Shown here: positions 35,502-45,398 of the stretch, piece by piece
Numbering within the stretch: the first letter of the stretch is position 1
How the letters are laid out: the number at the start of each line of letters is the position of its first letter
Assembly (NCBI GenBank): GCA_016707895.1
Contig: JADJGV010000034.1
Location: 757,625 to 821,624, forward strand
From: Myxococcales bacterium
Lineage (GTDB): Bacteria; Myxococcota_A; Polyangia; Haliangiales; Haliangiaceae
Length of the DNA stretch: 64,000 nucleotides
Reading direction: 5' to 3'
The notes under the pieces: generated by a model
What the model saw: the letters and a program-made list of their open reading frames with translations, nothing else
What the model was told of the DNA's origin: nothing
Database searches by the model: none
Position numbers and translations under genes: made by a program

Positions 35502-36781
35502 AGCGCGCGCTGGTGCTCTGGTCCCTGGTCGGCGCGTGCGTCGCCGGCAACCCCTCGGTCGAGACCCCCGACATCGACCGCCTGGGCGGCTCGATCACGC
35601 CGCCCGGCTGCCCGCACCAGATGGTCACCCGGGTCGGCGCCGAGGCGCCCGGGTTGCCCGGCGCCGTGGTGGGCGACGACCCCGCGATCCGCCAGGTGCA
35701 CCTCGGGCTGGTCGGCGATCCGCGCAGTTCGATGGTCGTCGACTGGCGGACCGGCGACGCCACCACCACCGCCGGCAAGGTGCGGTTCGGGGTCGGCGCC
35801 GCGCTCGATCGCGAGGCGCCGGGGCTGACGTTCACCTACGTCGCCGACTTCGGCAACGGCGCGGTGGTGCGCATGCACGAGGCCCACCTGTGCGGGCTCA
35901 CCGCCGACACCGTCTACAGCTACCAGATCGAGTCCGACGCCGGCCACGCGTCGCCGGTCTACCAGTTCCGCACCGCGCCCGACGTGGCCGCGACGCCCGA
36001 CGCCGAGGTGACGATCGCCGCGGTCGGCGACAGCCGCGACGGCTACGCGGTGTGGGCGCAGATCGTCGATCAGCTGATCGCCCGCAGCCCCGACGTGATC
36101 GTGTTCTCGGGCGACGCGGTCACGCTGGGCCAGCAGCAGCGCGAGTGGGACGAGTTCTTCACCGCCGGCGAGCCGCTGTTCACGCAGGTGCCGGTGGTGT
36201 CGGCCCACGGCAACCACGACATCAACGCCCCCAACTACTACGCGCAGCTGGCGATGCCCGGCGACGAGGAGAACTTCAGCTTCGACTACGGCCACGCCCA
36301 CCTGGTGGTGGCCAACGACACGCCCGAGCAACTCGACGACCTGACGGGTAAGATCCCGGCGTTCCTCACCGCCGACCTGGCGGCCCACGCCTCCGCGCCA
36401 TGGCTGATCGTCAACCACCACCGCCCGGTCTACTCGGCCTCGACCCGCCACGGGTCGGACACCACGCTGCGCGACACCTGGGCGCCGATCTTCGACCAGG
36501 CCCAGGTCGATCTGGTGCTCAACGGCCACGATCACGACTACGAGCGCACCAAGCCGATGCGCGGCAACCAGGCCCAGGCGTCGGCCGCCGACGGCACGAT
36601 CTACGTGGTGTCGGGCGGGGCCGGCGCCGAGCTGTACGAGAACGGCTCGGACTTCTGGACCGAGACCTCGGCGTCCTTGCACTCGGCGACGGTGGTGCGG
36701 GTGCGCGCCAACCAGCTCGTGCTCGAGGCGTTCGACGAGACCGGCGCGGCGATCGACGGGTTCACGATCGCGCGGCCGTGA
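35498..36781 (+). CDS. Purple acid phosphatase-like calcineurin-type metallophosphoesterase (secreted)
   Basis: Signal peptide and lipobox-like LVGACVAGN. Metallophosphoesterase motifs are present: GDSRD, GDAVTLG, SAHGNHD, and GHDHDYER (the GHxH motif). Confidence 0.75.
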   Translation: MKRALVLWSLVGACVAGNPSVETPDIDRLGGSITPPGCPHQMVTRVGAEAPGLPGAVVGDDPAIRQVHLGLVGDPRSSMVVDWRTGDATTTAGKVRFGVGAALDREAPGLTFTYVADFGNGAVVRMHEAHLCGLTADTVYSYQIESDAGHASPVYQFRTAPDVAATPDAEVTIAAVGDSRDGYAVWAQIVDQLIARSPDVIVFSGDAVTLGQQQREWDEFFTAGEPLFTQVPVVSAHGNHDINAPNYYAQLAMPGDEENFSFDYGHAHLVVANDTPEQLDDLTGKIPAFLTADLAAHASAPWLIVNHHRPVYSASTRHGSDTTLRDTWAPIFDQAQVDLVLNGHDHDYERTKPMRGNQAQASAADGTIYVVSGGAGAELYENGSDFWTETSASLHSATVVRVRANQLVLEAFDETGAAIDGFTIARP

Positions 36782-37926
36782 TCGCGCGCGCGCTGGCGCT
36801 GGCGCTGGCGCTGGTGGTCGCCGCGGTCGCGCCGGCGCGGGCCGACGACGCCGCAGACCAGGCGGCGTTCACCGCCGCCAGCCAGCGCCTGGCCGCCGGC
36901 GACCCGGCGGGCGCGCGGGCCGCGTTCGAGGCGCTGGCGGCCGCGGCCCCCGACGGGCGCTGGGCCGACGACGCGCTGGCCGAGGCCGCGGCGCTGGCCG
37001 AGGCCGCCGGCGATCTGGCCGGGGCGCGCGCGCTGTGGGGCCGGATCGTCCACGACCACGGCGACGGCCGGCTGGCGCGCCGGGCCCAGGCGCGGCTCGA
37101 CGCGCTGGTCGCGGCCGGCGGCGCCGATGGTGGCTTCGACGCGGTCGCGGCGGCCCACGAGCGCCTGGTGCGCGCGGCCGCCGCCGCCGAGGATCCCCAC
37201 GCGGCGCTGACCGAGCTGGGCGCGCTGCTCGAGCGCGAGCCGGCGTACCCGGCGTGGTTCGTGGCCGCGCTGTGGCTGGGCCAGGCCTGGGGGCGCATCG
37301 GCGAGCGGCGCCTGGCCGCGACCTGGCTCGATCGCGCGATCGCCCGTGCGCCCGGGGCGGCCGAGCGCTTCCGCGGCGAGCTCGAGCGCGCGCGGCTCGA
37401 CGCCGACGCCGGCGCGCTGGCCGCGGCCCGGGCCCGGCTGCTCGCGCTGACGCCGCCCGACGCGGTCGCCGCCGACGCGCGCGCCGAGCTGGTCGCCGAG
37501 CTCGATCGCCGGGCCGCGCGCAGCCGCTGGCGTCTGCTCGCGGCAGGCGCGCTGGCGATCCTCGGGCTGGCCGCACTGGCGACGCTGCGCCGGCAGCATC
37601 GGGGCTGGCGCGCGGCCGGGCGCGCGCTGTGGCCGCCGCCGATGGAGGTGGTGTACCTGGCGCCGGTGGCGATCGGCATCGCGCTGGTGGCGCGCACCGG
37701 CAACCCGCTGGCGGCCGCCGCCGTCGAGCGCATCCTCGTCGGCGGCGTGCTGGTCGCGTGGCTGGGCGGCGCCGTCGCCCGGGGCCCGCTGGCGCTGGCC
37801 GCGCGGCTCGGCTTCGTCGCCGCGGTCACGCTCGCGATCGCGGCCACCGCGTACCTCGCGGTGGTCGACGATCAGCTGCTCGATCTGCTGCTCGAGACCT
37901 GGCGCTCGGGCCACGACATGCGCTGA
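36778..37926 (+). CDS. Signal-peptide protein with an Ala-rich helical (TPR-like) periplasmic domain and C-terminal TM helices
   Basis: GTG 36778 overlaps the phosphatase stop in a GTGA arrangement. VIARALALALALVVAAVAPARA is followed by helical repeats and three or four C-terminal TM helices. Confidence 0.45.
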   Translation: MIARALALALALVVAAVAPARADDAADQAAFTAASQRLAAGDPAGARAAFEALAAAAPDGRWADDALAEAAALAEAAGDLAGARALWGRIVHDHGDGRLARRAQARLDALVAAGGADGGFDAVAAAHERLVRAAAAAEDPHAALTELGALLEREPAYPAWFVAALWLGQAWGRIGERRLAATWLDRAIARAPGAAERFRGELERARLDADAGALAAARARLLALTPPDAVAADARAELVAELDRRAARSRWRLLAAGALAILGLAALATLRRQHRGWRAAGRALWPPPMEVVYLAPVAIGIALVARTGNPLAAAAVERILVGGVLVAWLGGAVARGPLALAARLGFVAAVTLAIAATAYLAVVDDQLLDLLLETWRSGHDMR

Positions 37927-37936
37927 GCGGCGCGCC

Positions 37937-39175
37937 TCACCGCGTGAACTGTTCGACGGGGCGGTACTCGGCGGCGCGGTCGCCCATCTGCGCCGCGAAC
38001 CACGCGGCGCGCTGGCGGCGGGCCACGCGATCGGCGACCGCGTCGAGGCGGGGCAGCGCACGGCGCGCGGTCTCGGCGGCGAACCGCAGCGGCGCCGGCG
38101 CCAGCACCGCCAGCGGCCACAGCCCGGCCGACGGCAGCCGGTTGGCGGCGTAGGCCGGCGGCGGCATGAACACCCGGGTGAAGCCGCGGTGCAGGCCGTC
38201 GGTCCACCACGCGCGCACCCGCGCGGGCCACGGCAGCGCGGCGGGCGGCGTGAACGCGGCGACGTACGACGCGCACAGCGCGCGGCCGTCGTCGCCGGCG
38301 CGGCCGGCGCCCTTGAGCGCGGTGACGAACGCGAGCTGCGCGCAGTCGCGCACCGTCGTCGGGAACCACCGCGGGCGGACGCCCATCAGGTGGCCGACGT
38401 AGCGCCAGAAGTGCAGCATCGCCTCGATGTCGGCGGTGGTCGGCCGGTAGCCGAGCAGCCGCATCGCGTAGCCCGGCGCGAAGCTGCCGCCGAGGATCGT
38501 CAGCAGCGCGTCGGCCTGGCTGATCGGCACGCCCCACGCCGCGGCGTCCCACTCGGGGTGCGCCAGCAGCCGGCGGCGCACGAACACGTGCATCATCCGC
38601 ACCCGCAGCGCCGAGGCCCGGCCGGCGGCGCCGCGGTCGAGGCCGCCCGGCTCCGACACCGCGATCCAGAACGCGCAGGTCTCGAGGAACCGCTTGCGGG
38701 TGCTGCCGCCGGCGTAGGCGCCGGTCAGCGCCAACGGCTTGGCCACCGAGTTCTCGGCGTAGGCGGCCAGCGTGATCGCGCCGGCGAAGCGGAACACGTC
38801 CGCGCCGTAGCGGCGGAACACCGTCGCGCCGTGGGCCAGCCGCGCGCGATCGAGCCACGGCGGATCGTCGTCGAGATCGGCGAACAGCGCGGCCAACGAC
38901 GCCGGCGCGGCCGGCACCGCGGCGACGCCGGCGGTCAGCGCCTGCTCGAACATCGCCCGGCCGCGCGCCGGCTCGCCGCCGAGGTACAGCTCGTCGACCA
39001 CCGCCTCGGCCAGCGGATCCGCGTCGTAGTACGCGGCCGCGAACGCGCGCACCACCTCGTCGGCCGGCGCCAGGTCGAAGCCCAGCACGCGCTTGCCGAC
39101 CGCGCGAGCGGCCCGGGCCCACGGGCGCTCGAGGCGGTCCCAGTAGCGAAACTCCGTCGGCTGCGGCGTGCTCAC
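37937..39175 (-). CDS. MpaB/DUF2236 family oxygenase
   Basis: Conserved DUF2236 core (FWRYVGHLMG, RMMHVFVRRRL). The start was set at GTG 39175. ATG 39244 would overlap the upstream convergent gene. Confidence 0.55.
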   Translation of the reverse strand: MSTPQPTEFRYWDRLERPWARAARAVGKRVLGFDLAPADEVVRAFAAAYYDADPLAEAVVDELYLGGEPARGRAMFEQALTAGVAAVPAAPASLAALFADLDDDPPWLDRARLAHGATVFRRYGADVFRFAGAITLAAYAENSVAKPLALTGAYAGGSTRKRFLETCAFWIAVSEPGGLDRGAAGRASALRVRMMHVFVRRRLLAHPEWDAAAWGVPISQADALLTILGGSFAPGYAMRLLGYRPTTADIEAMLHFWRYVGHLMGVRPRWFPTTVRDCAQLAFVTALKGAGRAGDDGRALCASYVAAFTPPAALPWPARVRAWWTDGLHRGFTRVFMPPPAYAANRLPSAGLWPLAVLAPAPLRFAAETARRALPRLDAVADRVARRQRAAWFAAQMGDRAAEYRPVEQFTR

Positions 39176-39189
39176 CGGCCGACTATGCC

Positions 39190-40059
39190 TCACGGCCGCG
39201 GCGGGAACGCGAGCTTCTTGACCGCGAACGTGCCCTTGGCGCACGGCGGCGGCGCGGGCTTGGGCGCGCCGCGCGGCGGCGGCGGCGGCGGCGCCCCAGC
39301 GACGGTCAGGTAGACGTAGGTGACGCCCTTGGCCGGCGCGACCACGGCCTTGGACCAGGCGCAGGCGCCGAAGGTGATCGTCAGCGTGCGCTTGCCGGGC
39401 GCGACCGGCAGGCGCGCGGCCAGGCGGTGGCGGTCCTTGCCGCCGTCGACGGTCAGGTCGGCGCGATCGAGCCAGCCGGTGCCCGACACCACCAGGTTGC
39501 CGTCGACCCGCGTCGGCGGCGCGAGCCGCGCGACGTGCTTGCCGGTGGGCTCGACCAGCTCGACGTCGGAGCGGAACGACAGCGGCGTGATCGCGTCGAA
39601 GCGGTGGGCGCCGGGCGCCATCTCGAGGAAGATCGGCGGCGGGCCGGCCTGGCGGACGCCGTCGATGAAGATCACCGCGTCGGGCGCGTCGCTGGTCACG
39701 TCGACGTCGCCCTTGATGGCCTCGAGCCCGGCCAGCACCTTCTCGACCTTGACGCGATCGGGCGCGGCGGGCGCCGCCTCGAGGTAGGCGCGGTACTCGC
39801 GGATCGCGCCGCGCACGTCGTGCTTGCGGCGCAGCACGTCGGCGAGGTTGTAGGTGACGTTGGGGTGGGGGGCGATCTTCTGGACGAAGCGGTAGCGCTC
39901 GATCGCGGTGGCCAGATCGCCGCGATCGTCGGCCGCCTGGGCCTCGGCGAAGGCGGCGCGCGCGGCCTCGGCAACGTCGGGCGGCAGCGGCGCCGGCTGG
40001 GCGTGGGCGAGGGCGCCGACGGCCAGGGCCGCCGCCAGGGTCAGGGACGAGGCGCGCAC
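39190..40059 (-). CDS. Secreted TPR-like protein with a poly-Pro C-terminus
   Basis: Signal peptide VRASSLTLAAALAVGALAHAQP. TPR-like helices are present (YRFVQKIAPHPNVTYNLADVL). The C-terminus contains PPPPPPRGAPKPAPPPC. The ORF is open further upstream, so the start was chosen by the signal peptide. Confidence 0.45.
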   Translation of the reverse strand: MRASSLTLAAALAVGALAHAQPAPLPPDVAEAARAAFAEAQAADDRGDLATAIERYRFVQKIAPHPNVTYNLADVLRRKHDVRGAIREYRAYLEAAPAAPDRVKVEKVLAGLEAIKGDVDVTSDAPDAVIFIDGVRQAGPPPIFLEMAPGAHRFDAITPLSFRSDVELVEPTGKHVARLAPPTRVDGNLVVSGTGWLDRADLTVDGGKDRHRLAARLPVAPGKRTLTITFGACAWSKAVVAPAKGVTYVYLTVAGAPPPPPPRGAPKPAPPPCAKGTFAVKKLAFPPRP

Positions 40060-40173
40060 AGCCCGAAGATAGCGCGCGGACGGCGCCGGGGCCGCTGCCC
40101 GTGATTTCGGACGGTTGTCTGTTTTTGCGGAAATCGGCCGCGATAACGGACGAGTGTCTGCTACGGTGCGGAG

Positions 40174-40869
40174 ATGACGCCGCAGGCCCACCCGTACCGC
40201 GACCTCGCCGTGATCGACAGCCGGGCGCCGCGCACCAACCAGACCGTCGTCGCCATCGTCGCGTCGATCGCGGTGGCGACCGGCGCGTGGTGGTTGCTGG
40301 CGGTGCTGGCCGCGCAGCTGGCGATCGCGGTGCGCTTCGGGCGGCGTTACTGCCTGCCGTGCCGGCTGTACTTCGACGTGATCCAGCCGCGGTTCGGCGA
40401 GGGCCCGCTCGAGGACTCGCGCGCGCCGCGCTTCGCCAACCTCATCGGCGCGAGCGTGCTGGCGGCGGCGGCGGCGAGCTACGCGCTCGGCTGGGTCACG
40501 GTCGGCGCGAGCCTCGGGCTCACGGTGGTCGTGCTGGCCACCGCCGCGGCGACCACCGGGCTGTGCGTCGGCTGCGAGCTGTACAAGGTGATCGCGCGGG
40601 CGCGCGGCATCCGCGGGGGCACCATCGCGCGGGTCGACCTCGCCGGCCTGGGCGAGGTGCCCGCCGATCGCGACGTGGTCGTGGTGTTCACCCACCCGCT
40701 GTGCGGCGACTGCCAGCGGGTCGGCGCACAGCTCGCCGCGTCGGGCAAGCCGGTGGTCGCGGTCGACGTGTCGCGCCGCCGCGACCTGGCCAAGAAGTAC
40801 GGCGTGACGCTGGTGCCGCTGGCGGTGGCGGTCGACGCGCGCGGCCACGTCACCGCGCGCCTGGCGTGA
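40174..40869 (+). CDS. DUF4395 membrane domain fused to a thioredoxin-like CxxC domain
   Basis: The N-terminal half is hydrophobic. The C-terminal half has PLCGDCQ (CxxC) and a thioredoxin-fold-like beta-alpha pattern. Confidence 0.55.
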   Translation: MTPQAHPYRDLAVIDSRAPRTNQTVVAIVASIAVATGAWWLLAVLAAQLAIAVRFGRRYCLPCRLYFDVIQPRFGEGPLEDSRAPRFANLIGASVLAAAAASYALGWVTVGASLGLTVVVLATAAATTGLCVGCELYKVIARARGIRGGTIARVDLAGLGEVPADRDVVVVFTHPLCGDCQRVGAQLAASGKPVVAVDVSRRRDLAKKYGVTLVPLAVAVDARGHVTARLA

Positions 40870-40882
40870 CCGGCCCGGGCGG

Positions 40883-41566
40883 CTACGCCGCGGGGCGCTC
40901 GCCGAAGATCGCCGTGCCGATCCGCACCAGCGTCGCGCCGCACGCGATCGCCACCGCGAAGTCGTGGCTCATGCCCATCGACAGGTGCGGCAGCGGCACG
41001 GCCGGCGTGGCCAGGCGATCGCGCAGCGCGCGCAGCGCCGTGAAGTGCGGCCGCGCCGCCTCAGGATCGTCGGTGGGCGGCGGCATCGTCATGAAGCCAT
41101 CGACCCGCAGCCCCGGCACCGCCGCCAGCCCGGCGACCAGCGCCGGCGCGTCGGCGACCGCGACCCCGCCCTTGGTGGCCTCGCCGGCGACGTTGACCGC
41201 GATCAGGATCGGCTGGACGGCGCCGGCCGGCAGCCGCTTGCCCAGCTCGACGCCGAGCTCGAGCGAGTCGACCGCGTGGATCAGCGCGACCTTGCCGGCG
41301 ATCTGCCGGGCCTTGTTGCGCTGCAGCCGGCCGATGAAGTGCCAGCGCGGGTGGGTCGCGGCGCTGGCCTGCTTGGCCAGCAGCTCCTGCACGTAGTTCT
41401 CGCCGACGTCGGTGGCGCCGGCGGCGACCACCGCGTCGATCGCCGCGACCGGGTGCAGCTTGGACACCGCGACCAGCGTGACCTCGTCGGGGCGCCGGCC
41501 GCAGGCGGCGCAGGCGGCGTCGACGGCCGCCCGGGTGGCGCGCCAGCGCGCGGCGAGGTCGGTCAC
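40883..41566 (-). CDS. yggS: YggS family pyridoxal-phosphate homeostasis protein
   Basis: It has an alanine-racemase-like TIM barrel with AVSKLHP (the PLP lysine) and HFIGRLQRNK. GTG 41566 overlaps the maf stop in a GTGA arrangement. Confidence 0.8.
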   Translation of the reverse strand: MTDLAARWRATRAAVDAACAACGRRPDEVTLVAVSKLHPVAAIDAVVAAGATDVGENYVQELLAKQASAATHPRWHFIGRLQRNKARQIAGKVALIHAVDSLELGVELGKRLPAGAVQPILIAVNVAGEATKGGVAVADAPALVAGLAAVPGLRVDGFMTMPPPTDDPEAARPHFTALRALRDRLATPAVPLPHLSMGMSHDFAVAIACGATLVRIGTAIFGERPAA

Positions 41567-42144
41567 GCGGCGTGCCCGTGGGCCAAGCGGACCTCGGCGG
41601 CGCCGGTGGCGCGCAACAGCTCGACCACCTCGGCCAGCGGCAGCCCGGCGATGTTGGTGATCGAGCCGCGCACGCTCCGCACCAGCGCCGCGCCGATGCC
41701 CTGCACCGCGTAGGCGCCGGCCTTGCCGTCCCACTCGCGCGACGCGACGTAGTCGGCCAGGAGCGCCTCGTCGAAGTCGACCATCTCGACGTCGCTGGTG
41801 ACGGTGATCGCGTGGACCTCGGCGCCGCGTCGCAGCACCACGGCCGTGGTGACCTGGTGAGTCCGGCCGCGCAGCGCGCGCAGCATCACCGCGGCGGCGT
41901 CGCCGTCGGCGGCCTTGCCGAAGATCCGCCCGTCGACGATCACCGTGGTGTCGGCGGCCAGCACCCAGTCGTCGTCGCTGGCCAGCGCCGCGGCCTTGGC
42001 CGCCGCCACCCGCTCGACGTAGGCCACCGCCGGCTCGTCGGCGCCGGGGGTCTCGTCGATGTCGGCGGGGTGGACCGCGAACGCGACCCCGATCCGCGCC
42101 AGGAACTCGCGGCGGCGCGGCGACGCCGAGGCCAGGATCAACAT
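41563..42144 (-). CDS. maf: Maf-like nucleoside triphosphate pyrophosphatase (septum formation protein Maf)
   Basis: LILASASPRRREFL at the N-terminus and a full-length Maf fold of 193 aa. Confidence 0.85.
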   Translation of the reverse strand: MLILASASPRRREFLARIGVAFAVHPADIDETPGADEPAVAYVERVAAAKAAALASDDDWVLAADTTVIVDGRIFGKAADGDAAAVMLRALRGRTHQVTTAVVLRRGAEVHAITVTSDVEMVDFDEALLADYVASREWDGKAGAYAVQGIGAALVRSVRGSITNIAGLPLAEVVELLRATGAAEVRLAHGHAA

Positions 42145-42276
42145 CGCGCCTTATATACAGCGCGGGGGCCGAAAGCGCGATGAGCGCCCGGAGGCGCTCA
42201 TCCTCGATCGATCAGCCGGCGGTCCTCGCTCACACCAGGGAGGGCTGGCGAAGCGAGGTGCCCCGCCGAGGATCTC

Positions 42277-42338
42277 GCGTTTCGGGTGGGGGGCCCCACG
42301 TCTTGTGGGGGAGGGTCTTTGCGAAAGACCCTCTCAGA
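42277..42338. repeat. Intergenic palindromic element, copy C (divergent variant)
   Basis: GCGTTTCGGGTGGGGGGCCCCACGTCTTGTGGGGGAGGGTCTTTGCGAAAGACCCTCTCAGAG. It shares the GGGTGGGGGCCCC ... GGGGGAGGG block and the AGGGTnTTT-GCG-AAAnACCCT hairpin with the copies at 19581 and 56864. It abuts the stop codon of the gene at 42340. Confidence 0.55.
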
Positions 42339-42339
42339 G

Positions 42340-44181
42340 TTACTGCGGTGGGGGCCAGCCGCCGCCCTGGGGCGGCGGGCCACCGAAGCCACCCGGCGGC
42401 GGGCCACCCTGCGGCGGCGGGAAGCCACCCGGCGGCGGGCCACCGAAGCCCGGCGGCGGACCGCCCGGGGGCGGGTAGCCACCACCCGGCGGCGGGCCGC
42501 CGAAGCCACCGCCCTGCGGCGGCGGCGTGTTGTTGCCCTTCACCATCTTCATGACCTCGTCGTACGCGGCCGGCGCCGTCAGCATCAGCACGCCGAAGTA
42601 GGCCAGCAGCATCAGCAGCGAGCGGACCAGCATCAGGAACCACTCGACGAACTTCACGTGGTCGCCGTGGATCAGCAGCGCCAGCATGAACAGCACGATC
42701 TGCACCGGCAGCCACACCAGCAGCGCCGCGGTGGCGTGCGGCGCGAAGGCGTCGACGGCCTGGAGCGCCGGCGGCAGCTTGCGGGCGGGGACGACGAACA
42801 CCGCACACGCGGTCGCCACCAGGCACATCACCAGCAGCAGCAGCGCGTAGACCTTGAACATCGCCCCCTTGAACAGCCCGCCGGCGAAGTCGCCGTCGAA
42901 GTGGTTCAGGACGTTGGTGGTGATCGTCACCGTGCGCGACTCGCGGTCGGCGTCGATGCCGTCACCCGCGAAGATGCCGAGCAGGACCATGCTGGCGCCG
43001 ACGGCGATGATGATGCGCGCGGCCTGATCGTCGGGGCGCTGCAGCCGCGCCAGCAACCCGAACAGCAACGTCGAGATGCCGATCGTGTAGAAGAACGTCA
43101 GGCCGATGCTGCTCGGTCCTTCGGAGATCGTGGCGATGCCGTTGACCACCACGCCGATGAACGACACGCCGAACGGCAGCCACTCGAGCACCACCGGCGG
43201 GATCTTCGCGCGGATGTCCTTGGGCGCGACCGACACCAGCAGATACGACGCCGCGGCGAGCAGCGGCCAGATCAGCCCGCGGAACGCGCGGCCCTTCCAG
43301 GCGAACGTGAGCGGGCTGAACTTGACCGGGATGAAGATCGCGATCGCGAGCGCGGCGCCCAGGATCATGAGCGCCATGCGCTGCAGGTCGGGATCGCGCA
43401 GCTTGGCCAGCGGCACGCCGAACAGCGTCCCCGGCTGCGACTGAGGCAGCTTGCGCGCCCAGTCGTCCATCGGGCCGGGCAGGTTCTGCTGCGGCGGGGC
43501 GAACGCGCCCTGCGGCGGGCCCGCGAAGCCGGGCGGCGGACCACCGGGGGGCGGGCCACCGAAGCCGGGCGGCGGACCACCGGGGGGCGGGCCACCGAAG
43601 CCGGGCGGCGGACCACCGGGGGGCGGGCCACCGAAGCCGGGCGGCGGACCGCCAGGCGGCGGACCCCCAAAGCCAGGCGGCGGACCGCCGGGAGGCGGGC
43701 CCCCGAAGCCGGGCGGCGGACCGCCGGGAGGCGGGCCCCCGAAGCCGGGCGGCGGACCGCCGGGAGGCGGGCCCCCGAAGCCAGGCGGCGGACCGCCGGG
43801 AGGCGGGCCCCCGAAGCCGGGCGGCGGACCGCCGGGAGGCGGGCCCCCGAAGCCAGGCGGCGGACCCCCGAAGCCGGGCGGCGGACCCGCGGGCGGCGGC
43901 GGTGACGCGACCGGCGGGGGCGCAGCGACGGGCGGCGGCGGCGCCACCGGCGGCGGCGCGGCAGGCGGAGGCGGCGCGGCGGCCGGGGCCGGCGGGCCGG
44001 GCGGCTTCGGCGCGGTCGCGGGGCCGAGCTTCGGCGCCGCGTATCCGAACATCGTCTTGGCGGGGCCGCCGCTCGGCGCGGCCGGCGCCGCCGGCATCGG
44101 CCGCCCGCACGTGCCGCACGCCGGCGCGGTCATCAGCACGGCCGCGCCACAGAACGGGCACGGCCTGGTTGGTGTCGCCAT
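42340..44181 (-). CDS. Zinc-ribbon protein with Pro/Gly-rich repeats and a polytopic membrane domain
   Basis: The N-terminal zinc ribbon is CPFCGAAV ... CGTCGRP. About 190 aa of GPPPGFGGPPPG repeats follow, then eight or more TM helices, then a second Gly/Pro-rich tail. The ATG at 44181 has GGGAGAGAG 10 nt upstream. The ORF track continues upstream as an antisense proC artefact. Confidence 0.7.
   Translation of the reverse strand: MATPTRPCPFCGAAVLMTAPACGTCGRPMPAAPAAPSGGPAKTMFGYAAPKLGPATAPKPPGPPAPAAAPPPPAAPPPVAPPPPVAAPPPVASPPPPAGPPPGFGGPPPGFGGPPPGGPPPGFGGPPPGGPPPGFGGPPPGGPPPGFGGPPPGGPPPGFGGPPPGGPPPGFGGPPPGGPPPGFGGPPPGGPPPGFGGPPPGGPPPGFGGPPPGGPPPGFAGPPQGAFAPPQQNLPGPMDDWARKLPQSQPGTLFGVPLAKLRDPDLQRMALMILGAALAIAIFIPVKFSPLTFAWKGRAFRGLIWPLLAAASYLLVSVAPKDIRAKIPPVVLEWLPFGVSFIGVVVNGIATISEGPSSIGLTFFYTIGISTLLFGLLARLQRPDDQAARIIIAVGASMVLLGIFAGDGIDADRESRTVTITTNVLNHFDGDFAGGLFKGAMFKVYALLLLVMCLVATACAVFVVPARKLPPALQAVDAFAPHATAALLVWLPVQIVLFMLALLIHGDHVKFVEWFLMLVRSLLMLLAYFGVLMLTAPAAYDEVMKMVKGNNTPPPQGGGFGGPPPGGGYPPPGGPPPGFGGPPPGGFPPPQGGPPPGGFGGPPPQGGGWPPPQ
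43526..43900. repeat. 36-bp tandem repeat, about 10-11 copies, inside the CDS, encoding GPPPGGPPPGFG
   Basis: GAAGCCGGGCGGCGGACCACCGGGGGGCGGGCCACC and close variants recur in tandem. Confidence 0.85.
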
Positions 44182-44280
44182 GGCTATCGCTCTCTCCCTT
44201 TGCGACGGAACGTAACGCGCTGAGCGATCGACGGTCAACGCGAGGGGCCGCGGATCGCGCCCTCGTGGTACATCGCGATC

Positions 44281-45107
<827 letters not shown>

Positions 45108-45111
<4 letters not shown>

Positions 45112-45398
45112 GCTGGCTGCGCGCCACCGCCGACGGCGTCGCGCTCGACGTGCTGGTGCAGCCGCGGGCGTCGCGCCCGAAGCTGGGCCCGATCCACGGC
45201 GATCGGATCAAGGTCGCGGTCACCGCGCCGCCGGTCGACGGCGAGGCCAACGCCGCGGTGATCGAGCTGGTGGCCAAGGCGCTGGGCGTCGCGCGCGGCG
45301 CGGTCGCGGTGACCGCCGGTCAGGCGTCGCGGCGCAAGACGCTGGCGATCCGCGGCGTCGATCTGGCGCGGGTGACCGCGGTCGTGGAGGCCGCGTGA
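45108..45398 (+). CDS. yggU: YggU/DUF167 family protein
   Basis: A 96-aa protein with the DUF167 pattern (VQPRASR ... VTAPPVDGEAN). The GTG start overlaps the proC stop. Confidence 0.75.
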
